Shown in pieces: positions 43,905-54,200 of a stretch of 61,170 nt of DNA (its first letter is position 1; the number at the start of each line of letters is the position of its first letter). This stretch comes from a virus (Duplodnaviria > Caudoviricetes). The stretch lies in IMG/VR virus record IMGVR_UViG_3300026039_000012, positions 1 to 61,170 of that record. One strand, 5' to 3'. A program made the position numbers and the translations under genes. The notes beneath the pieces were generated by a model. That model was not told the DNA's origin. It saw nothing but the letters and a program-made list of their open reading frames with translations, and made no database searches.

Positions 43905-44771
43905 ATGATCATTCAGCAGAAGTTCCCCTGGTACATGGCTCTCGTCGGAGCAGTCGGAGCAGCCGGTCTCGTGACCGGTATCGGCACGCTCGCCGAAGCG
44001 TTCATCCCCCTGTTCGGAGCGTTCTGGGCCTGGGGTGCAGCTATCTTGCTCGACCTCCTGGCGCTCGCTCTGACCGTGTGGGCCATTCAGGAGATCCGTG
44101 ACGGAATCCCTGCGGGCCTTGTCCGGTCGTCAGCTCACGGCTGCATTGGGGTGAGCGTCGCCGTGCAGGCTGTCACTGCTGCGCAGGGACTCAGCAACAC
44201 CGCGGGCGGCTGGACCTCCGCGGGCATGCACACGATCCCCCCGCTGGCTCTCGGTCTGGCCCTAGAGCTGATCTACCAGCACTACGCGAAGGAGTGGCGT
44301 GCCAAGACAGCTCCGATCGTGGCAGCCGAGACCATGCGGGAGCAGGCTGCTCGTGCCGCTGTCGGAGTGCCCGTGAAGATTTCACGTGTGCAGCGTGCCG
44401 TCATCAGCGCTGCCAAGGCCGGGGTCGTCGACATGCGTGCTCTCACCCGCCAGATCTCGGATGACGACCTGCTCCAATCCCCGGCAGTTCGGGCTCTCCA
44501 CGCGGTGGTCGACCCCGAGGCCGCAGCGGCTCTGACGGTCAGAGCCAATGCTCAGAAGGCTCTGAGCACCCGTGAGACTGCCGGGTTCCGTCTGCTCCCT
44601 GTCTCAAGTACGGATGACGCTCCAGACGAACTCACGACGCAAGAACGCCGTGAGCGTGTCTGGGAGCTGACCGACAAGGGGAAGGCCACCCGAGAGATCG
44701 CTCGGATTCTCAGATGCTCGCCCAGCACGGTGAGCACTGACCAGCGTGCACGTCGAAAGGAGGTTGGCTGA
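43905..44771 (+). CDS. SpdB2/DUF2637-like 4-TM membrane protein with C-terminal HTH
   Basis: Four TM helices with AW...LLD and MHTIPPLAL..ALEL motifs; C-terminal RRERVWEL..KGKATREIARILRCSPSTVS HTH. Confidence 0.72.
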   Translation: MIIQQKFPWYMALVGAVGAAGLVTGIGTLAEAFIPLFGAFWAWGAAILLDLLALALTVWAIQEIRDGIPAGLVRSSAHGCIGVSVAVQAVTAAQGLSNTAGGWTSAGMHTIPPLALGLALELIYQHYAKEWRAKTAPIVAAETMREQAARAAVGVPVKISRVQRAVISAAKAGVVDMRALTRQISDDDLLQSPAVRALHAVVDPEAAAALTVRANAQKALSTRETAGFRLLPVSSTDDAPDELTTQERRERVWELTDKGKATREIARILRCSPSTVSTDQRARRKEVG

Positions 44772-46924
44772 TGGCACTCCGCAGAAGCGAGGGGTACAAG
44801 ACCAAGCGGATCACGCGGAAGTCTCGATACCGGCGCAACACTGCCCAGGGCGGCGGCACGTCCGAGCTCGTCACGGTCGCTGAACCGGTCATCCCGATCG
44901 CTCCGTGGGTCTCCGGCCCGTTCCTGTACGGCGCAGGCGTGTTCCTGCACTACCTGTGGCTTCACGGGTTCTGGGAGCGCCTCATGTTCGTCGGGATCTT
45001 CGCGGTGGCCGGCGGGGTCATCGGTCTCTTCGCGGTCAGCTACGGCCGTGCTCGAACTGAGTTCCAGCGCGGGCACGCGGGAGTCACACCGGTTCTCTTC
45101 TCCCTGATCGTGAGCGTCCCGCTCATGCTCGGGTTCGGCAGGTACTCGTCGCTGATCATGCTCACGTACTGGTTCGTCCTGTCCGGTGGTTGGGTCGCTC
45201 GTGTCGCTCGCTCGGTCTGGGGCGACGGGGCAGACATCCACAAGGGTGATCCCGCTGCGCTCGTCGGCGAGACCTTCGGTCTCCCGGGGATGCAGGTGCA
45301 CGATCAGTTCGGGGACCCCATGCCGACCCCGGAGAGGCCTCGGTCTCGGGTCATCCGGATGACTGCGCTGCGCTCGCGCACGGAGGCACCTGCTCCGGCG
45401 CTGCCTGCCGGAGAAGACCTCGACAGAGATCCCGACATGGACCCCTCACGATTCGTCGATGGGGCACCTGACGACCTCGACGTCATGGAGGGGGTCGTCA
45501 CTCGGAAGGTGACCGTACGTGGGACGCAGGGGTACGAGGACATCCTCAAGGCTCTTCCTGGACTGCGGAATGCGGCACGAGCGCACTCGGCAACGGCGAA
45601 GCCAGTATCCGGGAACCCTCAGGCTGCTCTCGTCACGCTCGTGCTGAAGGACTTCCTCGAGGACGTGCTCCCGTGGCCGGGGCCGTCTCAGCCTCCGGGG
45701 TCCAGCTCGGTCGAGGTCTGCGTGGGTGTCCGGCAGAGCGGGCACTATCAGCGCTTCGCTCTGGCCGGACGTCAGGGGACGTGGCGCGGGGTCGTCTGCG
45801 GTACAGCCGGGTCAGGGAAGTCTCGTTGGTTGTGGCTGATCATGGCCGACTGCGCTGACCGGGAGATCGTCTGGTGGGTCTGTGACACGGCGAAGGCCGG
45901 ACAGACTCTCGGACCTGTCCTGGAAATGATCGACTGGCTGGTCACGGAGGAGGAGGACGTCATGGGAATGCTCAGCGCTCTCCGTGACGTCATCTCCGAG
46001 CGCTCGAAGCTGCTCGGAGATCGTCAGGTCTGGACTGAGGACTGCGGACTTCCCTTGCTCGTGTTCGTGTGCGACGAGTTCGCGAACGTCGCGACGGCCA
46101 CCAAGAAGACAGCAACGATGATCACTCGGCTGAGCGAGCAAGCGCGGTCGGTCGGTGTGTCGCTGGTCTTCCTGATCCAGCGTCCGTCGTCGACCAACAT
46201 GCCGACTGACGCGCGTGCCCAGCTGAAGTCGCGATTCTGTTTCGGCCTGGTGGACGAGCAGACCTCACGGATGGCTCTGTCAGCGCAGACGCTCGCCGCA
46301 GGGGCTGCCCCTCACCTCGTTGATGTCGAGGAGGACTTCGGCCTGCACTGGTATGAGGGACCGGGATTCCCTGCGAAGGATTGGGTTACCCGCTGCCGGA
46401 CGTACGGGATCGAAGCTGACGTAGTCAGAACTCGGGTCAAGGCGGGCCGGCTATACCGACGGGGGTTGGACGAAGGTTCGACACGGGCAGCAGGTCCCGC
46501 CTATGCCGCGCGTCAGCGGACGGCCGTGTTCGGCCGGTCGACAGACGACGCTCAGGCGCCGGCCTCGCAGACGTCGGGTGGATCTGACGCGAAGACCATA
46601 GGAGGCCATTTCACGGCCGACAATGACCTCAACCCTGACGGAGACACCGGGGATGGGGTTTCGAGCTTCTCCGACGAACCTCGCGCCGCTGAGGTAGTCA
46701 CGAACCCTCCAGAGGAGACACGCACCCGGGAGGAGGTGCTTCGAGCAGTGATCGAACCGCTGAACGACGGGACGGTCACGACAGCGGAGATCCTTTCCCG
46801 CTGGGAGAAGATCACGACGTTGCACCGTCGTGAGTTGTACCGGGCGATCAAGGCGTGTCCGGACCTTTCGGCCACGACGCAGAAGGGGCTGTGGATCTTG
46901 AGTCGCTCACGTCAGCGTTCATGA
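44771..46924 (+). CDS. traB: TraB-type FtsK/SpoIIIE dsDNA translocase
   Basis: N-terminal TM helices; GTAGSGKS Walker A; FVCDEFA Walker B; QARSVGVSLVFLIQRPSSTNMPTDARAQL..RFCFG; low-complexity linker; C-terminal winged-helix-like domain. Confidence 0.82.
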   Translation: MALRRSEGYKTKRITRKSRYRRNTAQGGGTSELVTVAEPVIPIAPWVSGPFLYGAGVFLHYLWLHGFWERLMFVGIFAVAGGVIGLFAVSYGRARTEFQRGHAGVTPVLFSLIVSVPLMLGFGRYSSLIMLTYWFVLSGGWVARVARSVWGDGADIHKGDPAALVGETFGLPGMQVHDQFGDPMPTPERPRSRVIRMTALRSRTEAPAPALPAGEDLDRDPDMDPSRFVDGAPDDLDVMEGVVTRKVTVRGTQGYEDILKALPGLRNAARAHSATAKPVSGNPQAALVTLVLKDFLEDVLPWPGPSQPPGSSSVEVCVGVRQSGHYQRFALAGRQGTWRGVVCGTAGSGKSRWLWLIMADCADREIVWWVCDTAKAGQTLGPVLEMIDWLVTEEEDVMGMLSALRDVISERSKLLGDRQVWTEDCGLPLLVFVCDEFANVATATKKTATMITRLSEQARSVGVSLVFLIQRPSSTNMPTDARAQLKSRFCFGLVDEQTSRMALSAQTLAAGAAPHLVDVEEDFGLHWYEGPGFPAKDWVTRCRTYGIEADVVRTRVKAGRLYRRGLDEGSTRAAGPAYAARQRTAVFGRSTDDAQAPASQTSGGSDAKTIGGHFTADNDLNPDGDTGDGVSSFSDEPRAAEVVTNPPEETRTREEVLRAVIEPLNDGTVTTAEILSRWEKITTLHRRELYRAIKACPDLSATTQKGLWILSRSRQRS

Positions 46925-46943
46925 TCAACTTCCCCCAAAAATC

Positions 46944-47003
46944 CACCCCTGGGAAAACCCCCGTAGCCCCCCGTAGGGGGGCAGGGGGTTTTACCCAGGG
47001 GTG
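46944..47003. repeat. Hairpin with CCCCCC-GTA-GGGGGG apex, an inverted relative of the 34.6-kb hairpin
   Basis: Its reverse complement contains CCCCCTGCCCCCCTACGGGGGGCTACGGGGG, against CCCCCTGCCCCCTACGGGGGCTACGGGGG at 34625-34653. Confidence 0.68.
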
Positions 47004-47022
47004 TGCTGCATAAAGATCATGC

Positions 47023-47733
47023 TCAGACTGCGGCTGCTCGGTAGTGGAACTCCCCCGAGAGGACGTCTGTCGAGGCCACGGTGAACGGCTTGTCCGTCGT
47101 GATCCGGCTCTGGGGCGCGGTGCCGTCCCAGGTCCCGGACATCGAGACGTCAGTCCCCGCCGCGTTCCAGGTGCCGAGAGCCCCGGAGAAGTGGTGCAGC
47201 GTCGGGCTCTGGTCACGGAAGATCCACGTTCCGACCGAGAGTTGTAGCAGGTCAGAGGCCGGTGACCACACCGCACGAGGGAGCGAGATGCTGCATGTCG
47301 CACTGATCGAGGGGGACGTTCCGAAGACGAGGTAGAACCCGCCGTCAATCCAGTCCTCTCCCCCGAACCTGGGGGTGACGGTGTACCAGCCGTAGGTCGC
47401 TCCCCCAGTCCCGACCGTGATGTTAGACAAAGTCGGGACATAGCTCGTGTAGCCCTGAAGCGGTGTCGGAGTCGGAGGGGTCAGCGTGCTCGACCCGAGC
47501 ACGATCACCCGGCGACCGTGGAGCTGGACCCACACTCGTTGATCGACTTCCAGCGCAGGGAGGTCGAGCACCTCTGGAACGAACGGCAGCTGGTTCAGGT
47601 CGCCGTCCAGCTTGATCCTCAGCGGACTGACAGCCATGACTGTGGCCCACCTGAACGCGCTTGTGGTGGATGCCTGGGGCTGCTCAGGTGGTGCTACAAC
47701 GATCGGCTCGAACGTCGTGAGGGCCTCGGTCAC
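47023..47733 (-). CDS. Minor tail / receptor-binding protein
   Basis: FRWATV..VSPLRIKLDGD...VDQRVWV N-terminal spike-like domain and beta-rich C-terminus; last tail gene. Confidence 0.7.
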   Translation of the reverse strand: MTEALTTFEPIVVAPPEQPQASTTSAFRWATVMAVSPLRIKLDGDLNQLPFVPEVLDLPALEVDQRVWVQLHGRRVIVLGSSTLTPPTPTPLQGYTSYVPTLSNITVGTGGATYGWYTVTPRFGGEDWIDGGFYLVFGTSPSISATCSISLPRAVWSPASDLLQLSVGTWIFRDQSPTLHHFSGALGTWNAAGTDVSMSGTWDGTAPQSRITTDKPFTVASTDVLSGEFHYRAAAV

Positions 47734-48855
47734 TCAGATCACCTCTGCGAGGGTCGACTCTGCTGGAGCGACCGGATCGAACGGAACCTTCGTCTTCCGG
47801 ACGACAGCCTTGATGTTGATCTCCCTCTCCGGGTGCACGACGTTCACCACGTCGTTGACGTTCAGGCCGGGGAGCAGGGCGTGCTTCACCTCCAGCGTGG
47901 TCGTGACGGAGGTGAGCTGAGACAGCCGACGTGCCGCGTAGGTGTCCAGCGCAGCCTGGTCGAGCGCCTCCACCCCGGTCTCGACCGTCGTGATCCAGCG
48001 CCCCCTCGACGGCTCGGAGTACGGGCTGTCCGGGTCCTCGTTCGTCGCTGTCGACGTGAGCGCAGCGGTCTCCCCGTCCCCCTGAGAGATGGCCACGACA
48101 CGATTCGGGACCGCGTAGATGTCTCTGTCCCGGGTCCAGTCCGGCAGCCATAGGGAGTTAGCCCCGACCTCGAACGGGGCCATGAGCGAGAACCTCGGGG
48201 CTCGTGAGGACGGCTCTGTGTACGGAGTCGCGCGGAAGTGACCCCACCCGTCGACCCAGAGCGAGAAGTACCCAGCCGCGTCGAGCAGGTCATTGATGAT
48301 CCGGAGTCTCGTCGTCCCGACGTCCCACGTCAGGGCGCTCGTGACGAGCAGCGCAGGGTCTGGCTCGATCGTGTCGGCAGTTTCCCCGGTGTCCTCGATC
48401 AGGAGACGGATCAGCTCCAGAACCTCGTCACCGACCGCGGCCACGTAGGTGGACGGGACCCCGCTCCCATCTGTCCAGATGTCTGAGTCGAGGAGAGCGC
48501 ACTTGTCATGCAGCTCGACCTCGGAGACTGCACCGAGAGCGGAGTTCGTCTCCAGGGGAGCGCTGGGAAGGAAGACGCCGACCGGCATCTCCACCACCAG
48601 GTACTCACTCCCAGGGAGGAGGTTCGTCAGCGTGACGACCGGCCGGATGCGGACGTTCAGCCAGTCGATCTCCTGACCGATGTCCTGGACCGTGATCTGC
48701 CCGCCACCCTTGACTGACGCCGTGGCTTCCCAGTCGACGTATCCGTCTGACTGCACACCGCCCAGCTCTCCGATCGGAGTCTCGTCGGAGTCGAGCAGCT
48801 CGAACCGCCATGACGTACTCCGGGGTGCACCTGGGAGGTTGTCCATTACGGTCAT
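47734..48855 (-). CDS. Minor tail (hub) protein
   Basis: RFELLD, PVGVF, LRIINDLL.AAGY, VPNRVVA and SPYS..SRGRWI motifs of actinophage minor tails. Confidence 0.78.
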   Translation of the reverse strand: MTVMDNLPGAPRSTSWRFELLDSDETPIGELGGVQSDGYVDWEATASVKGGGQITVQDIGQEIDWLNVRIRPVVTLTNLLPGSEYLVVEMPVGVFLPSAPLETNSALGAVSEVELHDKCALLDSDIWTDGSGVPSTYVAAVGDEVLELIRLLIEDTGETADTIEPDPALLVTSALTWDVGTTRLRIINDLLDAAGYFSLWVDGWGHFRATPYTEPSSRAPRFSLMAPFEVGANSLWLPDWTRDRDIYAVPNRVVAISQGDGETAALTSTATNEDPDSPYSEPSRGRWITTVETGVEALDQAALDTYAARRLSQLTSVTTTLEVKHALLPGLNVNDVVNVVHPEREINIKAVVRKTKVPFDPVAPAESTLAEVI

Positions 48856-48883
48856 GTGCTCTCCTCTCCTCCAGCTGGGGTCA

Positions 48884-51214
48884 TCAGTCGCTGAAGTCCG
48901 GGAAGCCGGTCAGGACCCGCTCCAGGTCGGGATCCAACGTCGTGAGCGAGAGGGATAGATCAGCGATACCTGGTCTGGTCACTGAGACCTGGACCGACTC
49001 CAGCGCACCGACGACGCGTCTCCCCTCGTGGTCCCTGAACATGATCGCGTCTGCAATCTGGCTCATGTTCTCCCACTCCCAGGCTGTCGACGTCGCCCCG
49101 TCGCGCGGGGTGCAGTCATCACAGTCTGGATCGAAGTGGAGGACTCCCTTGAACGAGATCTTCTGAGTGATCGGATCTCCGACCAGGAGGGACGGCCATT
49201 GCCGTCCGAGGTAGTGCACGGCTGCCCTGAGACGAGAGGTGTCAGCGCTGACCTCCGGGGCTCCGTTGCATCGGACGACGGTCGTCAGGTTCGGGCCGAA
49301 GTTCACCCGCACCCACTCGCAGTCCTGGGGGTTACACGTGATCTCGTCGCTGACGATGTTCGCCCCGTTGATCCCGGTCACGATCGCGTGGTAGCCGTTC
49401 GGGACAGACGTCGCAGGGAGGGGGTCGATGACGACACCGTCACCCCCGTCGAGCGGTTCAGCGACCGGCAGCCAGTCCCCCACCCCGTTGACCTGGCGCA
49501 TGACGCTGACGCTCTCGATGGCCTCAGTGACTCCGACCTCGGGGTCTTCGCTGGTGGCCTCGATGCTCATGCTCCCGCTGACCGGGTCGTACATGCACGT
49601 CAACGTGACGGCAGCCGGAGGGAGAAGGATGATCTCGGTGTCGAACGTCGCCCAGCTGGACCAGAGCCCCGCCGCAGACTGAGCCCGGACCCCGACGGTG
49701 TAGGTCTCTCCTGCGATCGGGGAGGTGGCAAACGTCGTCGACGTCTCGGAGGTCCCGGTCAGAACCTCGATGATGTTCGAGGTGTAGATCAGGACCGCTT
49801 GCCACTGAGCCTGAGCGCTGGACTGAGCCTGGGCGTAGGCCCAGCCCAGGTAGATGAATGGGTCGGTCGTGATCGCGTCAGGCTCACCTGCGTTGATCGT
49901 GACCGTGGGAGTGGACGTCGTGGTGATCGTTGCCGACGCCGAGAACGGTCCCCAGGCAGCCGCAGTGTTACCTCGTGTCCGGACCTGCCAGACGTAGGTG
50001 TTCCCGTTCGTCAGAGTCCCGCCAGCGAGGGTGTGGGAGCTGGTCGTCGAAGCTGTCTCGCTGAGGGTTGTCCACGACGAGCCGCCGTTGGACGAGTAAC
50101 GCACCTGGTAGTACGTCTGTGTGGCGTAGTCCCCGCTGTGGTTGTGAACCCACGTCAGGGTGTTGCTCAGCGCTGCATCAACAGGGACGCCGCTGGGAGA
50201 GAGCCCTGTCGGTGCGTACGGTGCGCTCGCTGACCCGATTGCCGCAGCAGATGTCCACGCGCTGGTCAGGTTGGCCGGGCCGTAGCCACCTGCCCCGGCT
50301 GACAGGACGGTGTACGCCTGAATCCGGTAGATGACGACACCTGCTGACGGGGAGGTGTCCGTCCAGTAGGTGGTGGACCCTGACAGCCCCTCGACGACTG
50401 TTGAGTAGGCACCGCCCGAGACGCTGCGCTGAATCCTCCAGCGGAAGCACGACGTCGAATACCTGACCGTGTTGTCCCAATAGAGCATGACTCCAGAGCC
50501 GGAGACGTACCAGGTACCGAGGTACGTCGGCGCCCCTGGGGACGTGAGCACATCCTCATCGGTCTGGTACGCCCAGTCGGACGACCCGATCGAGTTGTTC
50601 GCCCGTACCCGGAAGCTGTATCTGTAGTTGGCCTGAGTCGTGACCGAGACTGAGTAGGCCGACCCCACAGTGTTGGCCGGAGTCAGATAGTCGGAGTCAT
50701 ACCCGATCCGCTTGTAGGTGACGGAGATCGTGTCGTACGGCTCGCCGGTCGTGCTGTGCAAGGTCCAGGTGAGCTGAGCGAGTACGTCTGACGTCCTGTC
50801 CCCGGTCAGCGCTGTGACGGCAGCAGGGAGTCCATACGGTCGGGCAGGGATCGCCCAGCTGACTGAGACGTACGGAGTGACCCCATTGGAGGCGCCGGAG
50901 ATCGTCGCCGTGAACGTCCGGCTTCCTGGGGAAGACCCGTACGTCGTGTAGTTGTACGTGTAGGTCTTGGTCGCCCTGAGCTGAGCTGTCGACGTGTCGT
51001 TGTTCGTGAACGTGGTAGAGGACTGCCCGCCTCCGCTCCCTGTGTACGACAAGGTCTGTGAGTCCGACGTCCAGGTGTACTGGTTCTGGGTGTACACAGC
51101 GTAGGTGGCCGTGACACTGGTCGACGAGTGAGTGACGGATGAGAAGGTCGTCTCGACCCCGACCCGCATGCCGTTTCCACCCGAGTAAGACCAACTGCCC
51201 CAGATGATGCTCAC
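48884..51214 (-). CDS. Minor tail protein with Fn3 repeats
   Basis: Directly after the tape measure gene; several YxFRVRA / YVWQVRT Fn3-like units. Confidence 0.78.
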   Translation of the reverse strand: MSIIWGSWSYSGGNGMRVGVETTFSSVTHSSTSVTATYAVYTQNQYTWTSDSQTLSYTGSGGGQSSTTFTNNDTSTAQLRATKTYTYNYTTYGSSPGSRTFTATISGASNGVTPYVSVSWAIPARPYGLPAAVTALTGDRTSDVLAQLTWTLHSTTGEPYDTISVTYKRIGYDSDYLTPANTVGSAYSVSVTTQANYRYSFRVRANNSIGSSDWAYQTDEDVLTSPGAPTYLGTWYVSGSGVMLYWDNTVRYSTSCFRWRIQRSVSGGAYSTVVEGLSGSTTYWTDTSPSAGVVIYRIQAYTVLSAGAGGYGPANLTSAWTSAAAIGSASAPYAPTGLSPSGVPVDAALSNTLTWVHNHSGDYATQTYYQVRYSSNGGSSWTTLSETASTTSSHTLAGGTLTNGNTYVWQVRTRGNTAAAWGPFSASATITTTSTPTVTINAGEPDAITTDPFIYLGWAYAQAQSSAQAQWQAVLIYTSNIIEVLTGTSETSTTFATSPIAGETYTVGVRAQSAAGLWSSWATFDTEIILLPPAAVTLTCMYDPVSGSMSIEATSEDPEVGVTEAIESVSVMRQVNGVGDWLPVAEPLDGGDGVVIDPLPATSVPNGYHAIVTGINGANIVSDEITCNPQDCEWVRVNFGPNLTTVVRCNGAPEVSADTSRLRAAVHYLGRQWPSLLVGDPITQKISFKGVLHFDPDCDDCTPRDGATSTAWEWENMSQIADAIMFRDHEGRRVVGALESVQVSVTRPGIADLSLSLTTLDPDLERVLTGFPDFSD

Positions 51215-54200
51215 GCAGTCACCGTCCCTGATCTCGCCGTGCGGCGCTTCCGCCCGCGGGTCCCCTTGAGCATCTCCAGGAAGTCGTCCAGCGTCTTGAG
51301 CTGAGCGAGATCCTCAAGAGACAGCTGGATCGAGATGTTCGTGTCCCCTACAGGGAGCTGATCTGTCGGGATCAGGCTCTCAGGTCGTCCAGTCCTGTTG
51401 GAGACAGCAGACACACCTGGCGGGAGGATTCCCCCGTTGTCGAAGACCGGAGGCTTCCAGACACCCCCTCCGGCGAACGTCCGACCGAAGTTCGTGAAGC
51501 TCGTCGTACCCAGAGTCGAGATCTTGGTGACGTCTCCGCTGTGCGGGGCCTGAGCCCACTTCCCGCCGCCCAGCGCCATCATCACGTGGTGCGCCGGAGA
51601 GCCGTTGAACGCTAGGTCACCTCCGCGAATCGCACTCCCGGCAATCCGCTTGCTGGCCTTCTGCTGTTCCTTGGCCGTCCGAGGGATGCTCACTCCTCCG
51701 GCCTTCGATGCTGCCTGGGTAAACCCGGAGCAGTCGTAGCGCGGGCCTGTCCCTCCCCAGAGGTAGGGGATCCCGAGGTGGTCGTTGATCCACGTTTTCA
51801 TCTTCGCGAACTTGACCCCGCCCCCCGCGCTGTATGCCTTGTTGAACGTGTCGAACATGGACTTCACCTTGTCCACGCTCGAATCGACGAGCTCAACACG
51901 AGCAGCTCCGGCGAGATCCTTCACCACGCCGGTACCGGTCATCGTCGGCACCTTCGACGCGAAGTACTTGATCGGGTTCTTGAACGCCTGCCAGATGGCA
52001 GAAGCCTTGTCTCCGACCCAGTCGAACGCGTTGCTGCCCTGTTTCTTGATCCAGTCGATGACCCCGCCACCGAGGTAGTGGTGCACTCCGCCGCTTCTCG
52101 AACCCCGGCCGATCACTCCACCACCCGCGAAGTCTCCGGACAACTCCCCGCTGCGAGCGAGAGTGTTGAGCCGATCGACACCCTTCGGCCCGCCGACAGC
52201 CTTGGTGAACTCCGGCCGCATGACGGCTTCCCCGCCGCTCAGCGCGAGCAGGCCACCGGTTGGCGAGTAGAACTGGTGCACATCCCGGCCCGGGGTGTAC
52301 CCGGGAAGAACCCCACCCTTCGCGAACGGCAACGGGATGTTGTCGATGTGAGGTCCGCCGACCTTCGCGCCCAGCCAGTTGAACGCCTTGATCAGTCCCT
52401 TGTTCAACACCGTGTTGATCATGAACTTGATCGGCTTCTTGGCGATGCCCTCCAGGGAGTTCCAGGCGGTGCGGATCCCATCCCGAGCAGCCCCGAACGC
52501 TGTCTTCACCGCAGCAACCCCGATCTTCATGGCGGAGAAGACCGGCTTGATCGCGGACCAGGCCCCAGACACGGCCGACTTGATCGAGTTCCACACTGGC
52601 TTGATCACGCTGTTGTACAGAGACGAGAAGGCAGATCCCAGAGCTTTCAGAGCAGGCTGAACTGTCGATGTCCACAGCGTCTTGAGGGAACTGCACACGG
52701 ACTGAACCAGGGACTTCGCGGAGTTCCACGCGGGCTTGATCGCGCTGTCGTACAGCCACTTGAACACTGCACCGAGTGACTTCAGCGCCGGCTGGACGAC
52801 CGTTGTCCACTGTGTCTTGAGCGCCGTGCACGTCGCTGTCACCAGGGACTTGATCGCGTTCCAGGCAGGCTTGACAGCGTTGTCGTAAAGCCACGTGAAG
52901 ACGGCACCGAGGGCTTTGAGTCCGGCCGTGGCGGCAGTAAACGTCGGCTTGACGCTCAGCTCCCACCACGCCTTGATCAGGATGATGATCGCCTTGAAGA
53001 CGAACTCCAGCGTGGCCTGGAAGGTCTTGAACCACGGGGCGAGGGTGTTCACCACCCACGAGCCGACCGTCTTCAGCGTCGACCACACCGAGTTCCAGGC
53101 CGACGATATGGCGGACGCCACTGTCTTCAGCGCTGACCAGATGGCGGACCAGGCCCCAGAGAGGGCGGGGACAGCAGTAGACGTCACCCAACTGACGACC
53201 GACGAGATGGCTGACTTGACCGTAGACCAGACCGCCTGGACGACGTTCCGGAACGTCTCACTGTTCTTGTACGCAACGACGATCGCAGCGACCAGAGCCA
53301 CGATGACGGCAATCACGATGCCGATCGGGTTCCCGATCAGAGCCGTGTTCAGAAGCCATTGAGCAGCCGTCCACGCGAGCGTCGCCCCGTGGATCAGCTT
53401 CATGGCCGTCTGCTGAATGACCAGCTTCGTCGTTGACGCTGCCGTGGCCACTGACATGGCCGTCTGCGCAGCGGCCCACTTGAACGCTGAAGCCGTGGCA
53501 GAGACCAGCGCTGCCCCAGTGTCTCGAACCTTCCCCCCGAGTGTCCCTATCGTCCCGGAGGCTTCAGACGCCGCTGCCTTCGCCGAGAACAGCCCGGCCG
53601 TGAACTGGCCGACTCCGGTCACGGTCTTCGTCGCCACACCGCCGATATCCAGGGCTGTCTTCACGGCAGTCGCCACGGGGGCGTACAGCCTGGCAGCGAC
53701 AGACGCAGCGACGAACGCCTGAGCCAGTGCTGCGATGACCGGAGCAGGAGTGTTCGCGACGAGGACAGAGAACGCGTTGGCCGTGATCAGCATCGACCCG
53801 GCGAACGGCTCCATGGCCTTCATGATCTGGAGGAAAGCTGAACCGAGGTTCTTCAGCATCGGCCCTGACTGCTGACCGAAGGCGAGGAAATCCTCCATCC
53901 CCTGCGAGCCCTCAAGAGACATCGCCCAGTCCCTGAAGGACGCGGACAGCGTCACCAGTCCGCCGCTGACCTCGGAAGAGGCCGGAGCGAACGCGTGAAG
54001 GATTGCGAGGACACCGACGAACAGGTTCTTGACGGTCTCCAGGGTGTTCGCGAGGGTGTACCCCGCAGCCGCAGAGAAGTCCGCCACCCAGGTGAAGAAC
54101 TCATCAGACTTGCTGGCCTTCAGGACGGACTGAGCGAACTCCTCGAAGACCCCGGCTGTTCCGCGGACCAGGGGGGATAGCTGGGGGAGGATCGTCCGGA

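Noticed and set aside
43345-47015. An intact AICE or plasmid inserted into the phage
   Set aside because: No integrase, excisionase, Rep or GntR/Kor regulator, and no flanking att direct repeats seen; the operon uses the phage's own motif.
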